DNA of 64,000 nucleotides. It comes from Ginglymostoma cirratum. Its lineage: Eukaryota. Below, one piece after another: positions 37,833 to 49,119 of this stretch. The stretch is taken from positions 22,994,601 through 23,058,600 of the forward strand of contig JAHRHZ010000140.1 in assembly GCA_024137785.1 (NCBI GenBank), in the 5' to 3' direction. How positions within the stretch are numbered: position 1 is the stretch's first letter; every line of letters starts with the position of its first letter. The translations under genes were made by a program, and so were the position numbers. The notes beneath the pieces were generated by a model. The model was not told the origin of the DNA and did no database searches. It saw nothing but the letters and a program-made list of their open reading frames with translations.

Positions 37833-38900
37833 AGAATTGGGTATTGCTGCTAACTAGAATTGTTTTTGAAGTTGGCTGAAAATATTGGCAATATTTGGAT
37901 GTTGCTTACCTTTCAATGATTACTGAAATAACTCACTGGGCGAACACATTTTCAGGTGTTATTGCTTTAATAAGGCAGCAAGACAAGAATATTGTAATTC
38001 CACAGACACTTTCGCTTCAAGTTTCTGGTTATGGCTGTACCATAAGGGTGTGATATGGTTTGAGTTAAGAGCATCTTCCTGAACACTTGGTGCTAGTTCA
38101 ACCAGGGTGTGTAATGAAGCCTGTCTAGTTGTCTTACAGCTGAGTTTCACAATCCATTGAAATGGTGCTTGGTTCCAAGTCCTGTACCTTGGGCAGTCCA
38201 GAATATTCTAATGGAGCCACTGGGCCATCTGCCAAAATGGATTTTACTTGAATTGAAACTAATAGATGAAGACCGTGTTCACTTAAAGAAAAATTAAATG
38301 TTCAACAAGCTGTATGAAGGAAATTATGACTTTGTTACCCACACTGCATAATAATTTATTTTTTAATCAGAACTTGTGCCAAGATAAAGCAGTTTCATTA
38401 TTGAGTTAAAAGAAAATGAAACCGTGGATAAGATTAGTGAAGCACTGCAGCCCTCGGGTAGAGTTTTTTGATTAATTTTTGTCTCGTGTACCTCGGTACA
38501 ACAAAAAGTTGTTTTGCATGCAGTACAAGCAGATCATAACATTACCAGGTGTATCAGGGTAACAGAACAGAGTGAAGAAGGCTGAAGGGAAGGCGCACAA
38601 AGAGCGAGATCAACACTTAAATTTAAAATTAAGTAGTCCTCCCAACCTTGAATTTATGTTCACCTCTTGCTCTCAGCTGGCTTTGGAAGAAGTGGTGCTT
38701 AACGGTGTTTGCTAATATCTTAAGCTGATAAAAGTTATTGAAATGCCACCTGACGGATTTTGTGGGGCAGTGCTTTGTGGTGTGGTAGCTTTGCCTTTCT
38801 GATTGGGAAGACTATAAGAATGAATGAACTTTAGTTGTTTTCTGAGTGTTTCCTGAGGAAATTTTATGTTGTTTGGAACTATCCTTTTTTTTTGTTACAG

Positions 38901-38972
38901 CCTTATCGATGCCACCCACAGAGATGTTGATGTGCTTCTCCTCCTCTCCAACTGTGCCTACTACGTGGCCTA
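38901..38972 (+). CDS. INPP5F: INPP5F coding exon (SLIDATHRDVDVLLLLSNCAYYVA)
   Basis: polyT-cag|C acceptor, TA|gtaagt donor. Confidence 0.95.
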
Positions 38973-39145
38973 GTAAGTAAATGGCTAGCTTGTTTACAAC
39001 TCTGTCAAAGTTAACACATTTCAGTTTGTAGTCAGAAATTGATAAAATCCAGAACTGTTGCTAAGCAGCCCATAAGCAAGTGTGCGATTGTTCACTTGTG
39101 TGAAGCTGGTTTCAAATGTGACATTGTCTATGCCTCATTTGACAG

Positions 39146-39219
39146 CTACGATGAAGAGGTTGATAAAGTGAATCAGTATGAAAGAATGAACTTGGAAGAT
39201 TTGGAGAAGATTGAAATTG
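39146..39219 (+). CDS. INPP5F: INPP5F coding exon (YYDEEVDKVNQYERMNLEDLEKIEI)
   Basis: cag|C acceptor, G|gtgagt donor. Confidence 0.95.
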
Positions 39220-39270
39220 GTGAGTGTCTTTCTTCAGGTGTCTAATTTACTTTGGGATGGGCGGACTGTA

Positions 39271-39436
39271 CAGGTAGTTCTCCTATAACGTGATAGTTGC
39301 GTTCTTGCGAGACCTGGTGTTTTAGAAAATCACCACACTGTACAGTAGAAAGTTCGTGTTATCCAAACACCATCCACTATTCAATCTCATTACAGCGGAT
39401 TTGCATTAACGGAACGTGTTATAGCAGAACTGGCTG
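39271..39436. mobile_element. Tc1/mariner (Tigger-like) MITE, 166 bp
   Basis: TIRs caggtagttctcctataac and gttatagcagaactggctg (reverse complement cagccagttctgctataac), flanked by TA on both sides. Confidence 0.8.
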
Positions 39437-39596
39437 TACAGGATTTCTTACTTGGCAGTGTTGTAGCTCAAATTCCCGTGAGAGTTTGAATGGCGCCCTA
39501 CATTGTTGTTATCATTCTCATCCTTGCTGGGAAATGCAGATTGATCTCCACGTTACATTGCAGTCCATTTGTGCCTGCTTTTGCTTGTTGATAAAG

Positions 39597-39598
<2 letters not shown>

Positions 39599-39628
<30 letters not shown>
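39599..39628. repeat. (GT)15 microsatellite
   Basis: Directly visible. Confidence 0.98.
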
Positions 39629-39630
<2 letters not shown>

Positions 39631-40415
39631 GTGGGTCTTGTACCCAAGATTTGAGATTTTATTTTAAATTCATGCTGTAATGTCTTGCAGTTTTCAGTAT
39701 TGTTGGGGTAAGACAGTCTAAGATTTTACCATACACGAAAGAGTTAATTTCATGATATGATTTTTGCAGAAGCTGTTAACTTTAAATAAGGTACTTGAAT
39801 TTGCAGTAGCCCATTTAGAGGAATTACATGAGAAGATTTCAAGTCAGAAGTAATGAATCAGCAAAAATCCAATATTGACTAAACACTAATAGGGAACATA
39901 TTTCAGAAAGATCAGCTTTGTCACAGTAGCCGCGACAGGAAATGTGTATTTCAGGAAAAATAAATTCCAAAGCAAAAAATTGATAGTTTAATTAAGTAAT
40001 AAAAATGACCATTGAAAAGCCCCAAGCAACAGAGCCACCTAAAAACCACCTTTTTTTTTTTTTCCCTTTCTGGTTGAGAAGCAGAGCTAGACAGGAGGTT
40101 ATTTAGGCTCCACATCCTGATTGTGCTCGGGAAGACAGATGTAGACAGAGGCCAAGCCAAAGGAGTTGGATTGAACAAACATTTGAACTTGATTAGCTTC
40201 TGGTGGGGCAAACCCAGAGATGGCCTCAGTGAAATTTGACAAGGGTGGATGGGGGTGGAGGAATCAGAGAGGCCTTTCAGCCTGCATTTTCCTTCTCTCT
40301 CAGCCTGTTTGTGGGTAGGGTTTTTGGGAGGGTGGAGGATGGGGAGTACCTCTCTATCTCGGTCATGTTCTGGCCCACGTCATGCCAGTTGGATAAGCTC
40401 GATATATAAATATTT

Positions 40416-42088
40416 CAAGAAGTTAAGGCCTTGTAATACACTCTTCAACAACAGCATTTAAAACCTCAAAAGACAATTCGTTGAAAAATCAAACCAGGTT
40501 GCAGCTTGAGGGGCAAGATGACTATAAGTATCCTATTGGTGACTGGCTACAATAGGAGATGAGACCAAAGTATTCATCAGAAGATGTATTCTTTTTGGTA
40601 GAAAACCAAAGCTGGCTGGTTGGTTGGGTCAGTCGGTCCCCTATTAAACTTTCCCAATTGTTAAATGGCACTCAAATCCTGTTATGGTGTGCTGGTTATA
40701 ATGAATCTGGTATTAGTTTCAAGCTTGGGATTGAGTGGCCATGCTTTCGGGTTTTGGCTAAGAGCCCTGAATAAGGAAGAGTTCAGAGGCATGTTGATCC
40801 ATCGGACAGGTACAGTAAGAATGAGGAAGGCAAATGTTCTGTAAAAAGGGATAGACAATAAGGAAGTCCTCTGACAGGTCTGCAGGGCATTGGTGAAGCC
40901 GTAGCCAGAGTTTTGTGTATAGTTTTGATCTCTTCTCCAAAAGAAACCCCATACATGGTGTACAGAGCATGCAACAAAGGGATACTTGACTGGTTCCTGG
41001 GACGAAAGGATTCACCTATGAACATAGCTTAAGTAGGTTAGATCTATATTCCCAGGAGCTGGGAAGATGAAGAGGTGGTCTACATGTAAAATGCTTAAGA
41101 TGCTTCACCGGCTGCTGTTGAATGGTTCTCCTGCCTGGAGAATCTGGAACATAAGGACGTAGTCTCAGGATAAGGGGCTCAGTAACTTGGGACTCGGACA
41201 AGAAATAACTTCAACTAACTGTAAATATTTTGAATTCTATCCTTGGAGAGCTGTCAGTTAGAATATTCAAGATGGATCAACAGACTGTTGGTTGCCAGGG
41301 GATTTAGGAGATGTGCAGAAAGGTAACATTGAGGTAGATCAGCCATTACCTTGTTGAATGGTGGAGGAGGCTGGAAGGGCCAGTTGAACTACTCTAGCTC
41401 TTAACTCTTTTTTTATGTCCTTGGCCTTCAGGCACTCAATTTGGGTGCAGCTCTGATTCCTGTCCCCCTGTTAAACACAATACTTTGACAAACACTGTTG
41501 AGCAATCTCTTACTTTCCATGTTCAAGAAGGAAAACAGGTTTGTTAATAATTTCGATTACTTACCAATATGTTTGAGTTGGTTGTGCAAAAGAAAATGGT
41601 CATCAGGAAGCGGGAGGATCATGACTACAAAGTGTGCTCTCCCCTCTGCCCACATCTTGTAGTTTGGCTGCCCGCATTATCCTCTCGGGTTGTTAATCCA
41701 TGACTGAGAGTGGGGAAGATACTCTCTCAATTTCTCTCTGGTCCTCTTGGAATTGAAACCATCCCAGGAGATCACATGGACTAATTGTTAGTATAAAGAT
41801 ACTCCTCTTCTGATGTGTATCTCTCTCAGTTCCTCTTGAAAGAACATAGGTCTTTACATATTCTCCCCAGAACGCAACGGTTTCTTTCATCTAGAGAGAA
41901 ACCGTTTTGAACATCATCTGATGCATACTTTGGTCTCATCTTCTTCTATTGTAGCCAGTCACTGATAGGGTACTTATGGTTATCTTGCCCCTCAAGTTGC
42001 AACCTGGTTTGATTTATGCAATGAATTGTCTTTTTGTGGATTTAAATACAAGTGTCTGAAGTGTCTGTTAGAAGGCCTCAACTTCTTG
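40416..42088. repeat. Long inverted repeat pair (arms 40416-40587 and 41911-42088)
   Basis: aaatcaaaccaggttgcagcttgaggggcaagatgactataagtatcctattggtgactggctacaatag matches the reverse complement of 41946-42016 with few mismatches. Confidence 0.9.
40790..41420 (+). mobile_element. CR1 LINE 3' fragment inside the inverted-repeat spacer
   Basis: tgtgtatagttttgatctc, ctggagaatctggaacataaggacgtagtctcaggataagggg, CR1 tail. Confidence 0.7.
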
Positions 42089-42485
42089 CAAGAAGCTTGC
42101 TTAGAAAATCATGTGGGCTAAATTTCTTAAATCTCCAAGAGCTCTGTCTGTTCCGTTCCCTTATTTTTGACCAAAAACAAACTCTGCAATATCCTGCTTC
42201 TCCACAGCAGGATCTCTCCTTTCTCCTCACCTTTGAAAAGCAGCTGTTCCTTTTCTGTGAGATGCTTGAAGTGTTTAGACTCTCGCTTAGCATTTTAATG
42301 GTTTAACATTTAAGTTTCTTCTCCTGTGCCAGATTAGGTGGGTATGTCCCCAGGCTAGGGTGCCCATCATAATCTCACCATCCACTTTTTAAAAAAGAAT
42401 ATTCTGCTTCACCTTAAGTTTAAGGGGTCATTTTAAATATAGTTATCTTGTGAAGTTCAATGAACATGAGTTACAGTGTAGGTAG

Positions 42486-42606
42486 AAGAAGGGTCCAGAC
42501 CCAAAACGTCAGCTTTCCTGCTCTTCTGATGCTGCCTGGCCTGCTGTGTTCCTCCAGTTCCACACAGTGTTATCTCGGACTCCAGCATCGGCAGTTCCTA
42601 CTATCT
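42486..42606 (+). mobile_element. Penelope-derived short repeat with truncated hammerhead motif
   Basis: GAAGA-A-GGGTC-CA-GACCC-AAAAC-GTC; 9/10 direct repeats gtgtaggtag (42476-42485) and gtttaggtag (42607-42616). Confidence 0.8.
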
Positions 42607-44039
42607 GTTTAGGTAGCAGGCTGGTTAAAGGCGGCCACCTTCAGGGCAGTTAAAGATGGATGATAAGTGCGAGTCCAGCCTCCACAACTCTCTTCTCCAT
42701 TGAATGAATAAAACTAGCCTATTGACACAGTTTGTTTTTAGCATTTAACACTTCCTGCTTTTGCCTCAAATATTTCAAAAGCAAGGGTCTAATTTTCAAA
42801 AGTTTGATGCTTGTAAAATTCACATTGACTTTAAAATAGTTCTAAAATCTGCCTTCATAAATTTATAGATGTGCATGACATTACAGCTCAACTTTAATGT
42901 TGCTTATCAAGTGCAAAACAGATCTGTTACTTTCATTCACAGCATGAGGCATCTGGTGCACTTCAAATTACAAGCTCCATTTCAAAATTACTTTCTTGTC
43001 AAACATGTATCCTAAAAGGTTTTGTGTGATTTACAACTGCTCAGTGTGGAATAGTAGCAGGGCCTTAGTCAGTAGCCTTTCACCTTTTGAACAGAATAAG
43101 TTGCAGTTTGTATGAGAATTTGAGGAAATTTGATGTGTACCTGCTGTAGCATTTGTTTTGTGTTCCATATAATTCAAACTGGTTTAAATTAGGATAAAAT
43201 GGGGAATGAGGTCAGAGAAAGGAGCTTGCTTTTATGCTAATGGATCCTTTTTTAAAAAGGAGAAAAAGAACTGTATATTTTGAAGCTACCTAATTATCAC
43301 AGCAGTGTTTTGTTAAGTTAGCTGTTTACCTACAGCTATGGGACATAGTGTATTTTAATTGTCAAAGCCTTTGAGATGGTCATCCAGAGAAGTATTTCTT
43401 TATTTTCCCCCTAAACTCAACAATAATCAAAACATAACTAGATTTGAGAAGCAAATGGAGCTTTAAGGGATAAGAGATTGTGTCTGAGACAGCATTAAGT
43501 GGACTGTCGTTGCCCTGCATTGGGAAATGGAAGATCAACAGTGGAGTGCAGCAGAGCAGGTAAGGAATGGAAGAGGTAATCCAAAGAGTTTAGTTTGGCT
43601 CATGACAGTGGGAGAAAGTACTGTTGGTGAATGTTTAGGGAATATGATGGAAGCACAAGAGGTGGAGGAAAATGGAGAGAGAATGGAAACAGAATTGCTT
43701 CACATCCCAATTTCACCACAACTTCTGCTCTGGGTGCAGCTTGCAAGCATGAGTGGTTCCTAGTCCCTGCCATACTGTAAATCCCATCCAGCAGTTTGCC
43801 ACACAGCAGGTGAGGCAGGAAACCAAACCCCCCTTTACGGTAGAGCAACAGAAGGAAGAGAATAAGCTAGAAGAAATGAGAAGATGTGAGAGTAACACAC
43901 ACACAACAGCTGGGCAAGAGACTTACTTAGAGTAAACAAGTCAGTCAATCTCTTCATTAAATGTTCAAACAGGTGAATATGGGAAATGGGACCAATAGAG
44001 CTTCATCTGCTACTTCATACAATTGTGGCTGCTCTTGGA

Positions 44040-44490
44040 CTTCATCTCTTCTGTGTAGTCCTCCAATCCCCTTTGTTCCCTGAGAGACTGAAACACACAC
44101 TTCCTACCTTTGATAAATCCAACAATGGATCTTCCACAGCCTGCAGGGGTAAATCATTTCACCATCCTTTTTGAGTGAAGTAATTTCCCTCCATCTTGGT
44201 CTCTTATCCCGAGACTGTTGCCCTTGTGTTTTTTAAATTCCCTGGTCAGGTGGAAGCAATCTGCAAGTCTACCCTGCTAAACCTCCCAGAATCGTGTAGT
44301 CTCAATGAGATCACGCCTCATTCTTTTAAATCCACACAGGCCAAGTTTACACAACCTCTCCAATTTAGGGCAACCTTCTCATCCCAGGGACCAATTTATT
44401 GAACCTTTGCTGTACTGCCTTTAATAAAAGTATGTGCTTTAATAAATGTAAAGACAAAACTGCGATCCAGAGTATTCCAGAGCCACCAAA
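44040..44490 (-). mobile_element. Old CR1 LINE 3' fragment
   Basis: Collinear with other minus-strand CR1 copies (11080, 37205). Confidence 0.65.
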
Positions 44491-44636
44491 CCTTGCAAAG
44501 CATGCAAATTCAAGCAACTATAACGTACTGCGGCATATTAAGTATGAGATTTATAGAATCCTTGTGTATACTACTTTGTGACCAGTAGTGATAAAGCAAC
44601 TATTGTGATTTTCTATTTTTTTTTTTAAATTGAAAG

Positions 44637-44765
44637 GTCCGGAACCAACTTTCTTCGGGAAGCCCAAGTTCACTTGTATGAGGCTGCACTACAAACACAA
44701 TGGAACTAGTGGATACTTTCATACACTCAGAGCTGTGATGCGAAACCCTGAGGAGGATGGGAAAG
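44637..44765 (+). CDS. INPP5F: INPP5F coding exon (GPEPTFFGKPKFTCMRLHYKHNGTSGYFHTLRAVMRNPEEDGK)
   Basis: polyT..aag|GT acceptor, G|gtaat donor. Confidence 0.96.
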
Positions 44766-45095
44766 GTAATGCTTTCTACAGTTTCCTTCTGTCATGTGTC
44801 GAGATTGTGACAATGTCTGGTTTGATCTGTCGACAACTGGAATGTTGCATCATGGGAGGTGTTCTGTTTAGGAACAAACCCAACATATTTTTTTTTTGTT
44901 TCTGAGCTCTCATATACCATCTGGTAAAGGATCCTTAAAATGTCAGTACATTTGACAGCTTTATCCAAAATCTGTATTTTTTTTTACAAGTTCCAATGGA
45001 TGTGTCTGCATAGTAAACACATGCAAGACTGATTTATGCTAGCTTGAGACTTGCAGTTGATATTTTTTACTAGATCACTGGATTTTTTTTATATA

Positions 45096-45395
45096 GGAGA
45101 GGCAATGGCCTACCAGTATTATGGCTGGACTGTTAATCTAGAGACCCAGGTAATGTTCTGGGGACCTGGGTTCAAATCCAGCCAAATCCACAGGGATTTA
45201 AATTCAATGAATATCCGGAATTAAGATGACCATGAATCCATTGCTGATTATCGGAAAAACCCATCTGGTTCACTAATGTCTTTTAGGAAAGGAAACTGCC
45301 ATCTGGTCTGGCCTACATGTGACTCCAGATCCACAGAAATGTGGTTGACTCATAACTATCTTCTGGGCATTTAGGGATGTGCATAAATGCTGCCT
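45096..45395 (+). mobile_element. tRNA-derived SINE with LINE-derived tail
   Basis: A-box-like tggcctaccagt, B box gggttcaaatcc, tail ctgggcatttagggatgtgcataaatgctg. Confidence 0.8.
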
Positions 45396-46533
45396 AAATG
45401 GTAAATTTCTTTACCACTCTTGACTATACTACTACCAAAAAACATATTAATCCATCCTTCCATTTGGTCAGCCTCTCCTTTAGTGGGTAGGCAAAAGCTT
45501 ACCTGGCCGAGAGTTGGGCAACTTATTGGCTTAAGGTAATACGTATTGATGTTTTTCGCCCTTCTCACTAGTGTTCTGTCCTCTGAGTACATACCCTATT
45601 AGCCGCTTATCAGATGTAAACCTCTGAAAGTGTTTAGATTATGTGGTAAAGGGTAGCACAGATAGGCCTGCTTGTTCAAAACCAACTTGCAGACTTGAAT
45701 TAATCTAACTTTCTATTGTAATTAAGAGCAGGGCCTTTGTTTTTAGTAGCCCTACTCCACTGTATTCTACCTGTATTGTTTATCATGTTCAGCCTGCTGA
45801 ATCTGTCCAGATGTAATGCAGTCCCCTCATCTGGAGAAATGGGGTGGGGAGGAGAGGTGGGGAAGAGGGAGAGAGAAGGAGAGAGAGACTGGCCCCACCA
45901 TTCCTGGGCTAGAAGGAGAAAAATCAACTAGAATCCAACTGCTTTGCCAATGTGAAGTGTCCACACGTGTACCCTGGATGAGGGTACAATTGGACTGTGC
46001 TGCATTAACCACACTGCTAGCATACCATCCAGGTGTAAGTATGCACAGAATAGCGATTAGTTAAGTACCTAAGGATTGGCACCAAGAATTGTTTTTGACA
46101 ATAGAAAATTGAAAACGTTTGGCAACAAGTTTGTAACACGTAAAAAGTTTACTACCTCCCCGAATGACTCATTAAATCATGAGTATTAGCTAAGTTATAC
46201 GGACCAAGAATATTGCTTCTGCTTTACACTCTCTCCCAGCGCACACATGCACACCACAATGGAAGAACTCCCACATACAAACTCACGTACTGTTATAGAG
46301 TGCCTTTCTGCCCAGCCACCTCGAATGGGGCATCATAGGAAATTTATTTTGGTTACGTTTCCAAGATAGTCTGCCATTCTTGCTATCGTGGAATATGAAT
46401 ATAGAAGAGCTTGGACAAGGCACTAATAGGCTATGAACAATATAAATAATACTTTAATGAAACATGAAAAAGTTCATAATTGTCTAAGATGGTCTTGTAA
46501 ACAATACTTCACAGTGTTTTAATTGGTTTGCAG

Positions 46534-46621
46534 ACACCCTTCAGTGCATTGCTGAGATGCTTCAACTTACAAAACAGAGCCTTGGATTGGATGTGTCAAT
46601 TGTAGAAAAGAAGTTAGAAAG
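46534..46621 (+). CDS. INPP5F: INPP5F coding exon (DTLQCIAEMLQLTKQSLGLDVSIVEKKLE)
   Basis: cag|AC acceptor, AG|gtgagt donor. Confidence 0.95.
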
Positions 46622-47971
46622 GTGAGTTGGAATTAGGACAGCTTTAATTAGCTTGTTAATATTGTCTGTGCAAATGGACATTAAGAAAGAAGAAAGCGAA
46701 AGCAGCAGAAGAATTTTGTGTTCTCAGTTCTGTGGTTGACTATAAGCTGTACTCTGATTTCCAATTCTGCTTTCGTAACGACCACTGGGGAAAACTGTTA
46801 TGTTTAATGAAAGGATGTTTGCAAACTTGGAGAATGAAGAATTGTTTCAGTTCTGTGTGATTTTAGATAATGATGCGTTGCTGCAATGATGGCTTTTCGA
46901 CTAAATCTCCCTACACTCCTTATTCCCCTTTCCCTACTCTCCTTACGATTTTCTTCCAATTCTCCTCTTCGTTATTTATTGCCGTTATCTTGATAGCTGC
47001 ATGTAATTTAAAAAAGGTGTATTTTCTTCTGTCAGAAGGAAGATATTATTGTGCTAACTCTGAGCCCCATAGTTCATGATTCTTCAATATATTGAAGCAT
47101 TACTGCTATTTAACCCACTTGAAGCTTTTGTAAAACTGTGAAATTTATTTTTAATCCCTCAGCCTTCACTGTTCCAGTTTCAAGGGTCATTGCTGTGATT
47201 TTTCATGTGATACATTCTCATCAATATTTGCTGTTTCATCTCTTTGCCATATAATTCCTGTAAAGAGACAGTGCCCAGACCTATATGCCAAATTGCTTGG
47301 GTGGCCCAGAGCACTTGATTGAGGAATGTTTAAAGCTCTCGAAACCATTTGTTTTTTGTTTCCTTCCCCCTTTTGTTCCACCTCTCGTAAGATGCCTGCT
47401 CCAGCACTTTGAGAAGCCTGTCATTTTGGCTGTACAGTCTGACTGTTCTTTGTTCGTTTTATCCTATTAACTTGTCCAGTAAAAGAGACCAGAAGCGTGT
47501 TCCCTAATATGGCATTGCCAGCAAATTTCAGTATAGTTTGGATAAACAGACCTTTTTGAGAGATGGGAGAAATATTTATTTAACCCTCCCTTTTTTTGCT
47601 TTTGCTTTCCATCCCCTTGCTATCTGTTTTCTTAAGAATGTATTTGTTTTGATGTCATGTGCCTTAACTTTTATTCGTCTCCTCCTTTTTGGCACGTCAT
47701 TAAATGCTTGTTTTCTTTGAAAATTCACAAACACGGCAAGCTCTATGTTATGGTCATTTTCACTTTGATAGGGTGAGGTTTCTTGAATTGGATCTGCTTT
47801 GTGGATCATGGGTGCAGCAGGTTGTTCAATGGTGGCTCTTCTCCTTGTAAGCAGCTAAGGGAGATGGAGGTTATACAAATCCAAGTCTCAGCGCGATAAT
47901 TTGTGTGTTCAAAGCACTGGCCGTGCAGTGCCTTTGGAAGTGTAAAGGAATACTTATTCCATCCACTTGGA

Positions 47972-48290
47972 TGGTGGTGGCACAGTGGTTACATTGCTGG
48001 ACGAGCAGTGTGGAACCCCAGGGGTCATGGGTGTGAATCCCAGAATGGCAGATGGTGAATGTAAGTTCATTGATGTCTGGAACAAAGTTGGCGTAATGGC
48101 AAATGGGTAACCACTGTAGGTTGTTGTCCAAACAAAAAAAAAATCTGATTTTAGTAACATCATTTAGAGAAGGAAATCTGCCATCTTTACCTGGTTTGGC
48201 TGATATGCACGCCAGATCCACAGCAGTGTGGTTGGCTCCCAATTGCAATGAATGCTGGCCTCGTCAGTGATGCCAACTTATGAATTGGGA
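47972..48290 (+). mobile_element. tRNA-derived SINE
   Basis: gtggcacagtgg A box, gggtgtgaatccc B-box-like, same body as 45096. Confidence 0.75.
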
Positions 48291-48769
48291 ACAAATATGG
48301 AAAAAAAAAATCTCAACGCCAAAATCAGCGGCAGCAGATTTTGCAGGGTGGGGTAGGGGAGCAGCAGAGTTCCTTCATTCCTCAGTGCAATTATAACCCG
48401 CCCAGCAAAACCGGCTAATATTAAAATGGCAGGTGGTAACACAGAAAATGAAATACCTATTTCTTTCTCCTTTTTCTAAGGAAGTTTTATTTAAGTAGGC
48501 AGGTTACCAGATAGCTCGGTGTTCCATTTCAATGAGCCCGCAGTTGGGTGTAAGTCTTAAAATAAGGCTGTGCCTATCAGCACTATGACCTGATTCTTTG
48601 TTGGAGACTCGAGTGGTCTACAAACTTGCACGTACTGTTTACAAGGTTCTGTGGTTTCAGCCTAGACTTGCAACATCCTGGTTTAAATCTTAATTTGCAA
48701 CCGAGCTGGAATATGGGAATTTTTCAATTAATACTTAGCAACAAAAGGCTCCAGGATAACAATCTGTTC

Positions 48770-48990
48770 TCTCGGGTCACGGACTCCAAGCCCCTGCTTG
48801 AGGATTTGAGCATGTTGGGCTGATGTTTCAGTGTCGTACTGAGGTAATCAGAGACATACTTAAGAGCTTTGAAGGAGTGATCATTCCCTTCAATAACTTG
48901 ATTATCCTCACTTGATCAAACATCTTAAAAGAAAATTATTATTTTATACACTAGTTTGGGCAATTTAAAACTTGCAGCCACGTTCTAAAA
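48770..48990 (+). mobile_element. Deu-domain SINE, degenerate
   Basis: ttgagcatgttgggctgatgtttcagtgtcgtactgagg head and Deu-core-like body. Confidence 0.45.
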
Positions 48991-49119
48991 CAAAATCTAT
49001 AATTCTGCTTCTTTAAACTTGGAAGCAAGAATTCTTAAAACTAAGTGTTTTACCTGCATTGGCCCAAGGTGGAGTAATGTTTTCAGAGTTGTCATTTTTT
49101 AAAGAATCCTGCCATGACT

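Noticed and set aside
48310-48560. Possible old Harbinger-like MITE remnants (also ~54305-54480)
   Set aside because: Could not define TIRs or a TSD from the sequence alone
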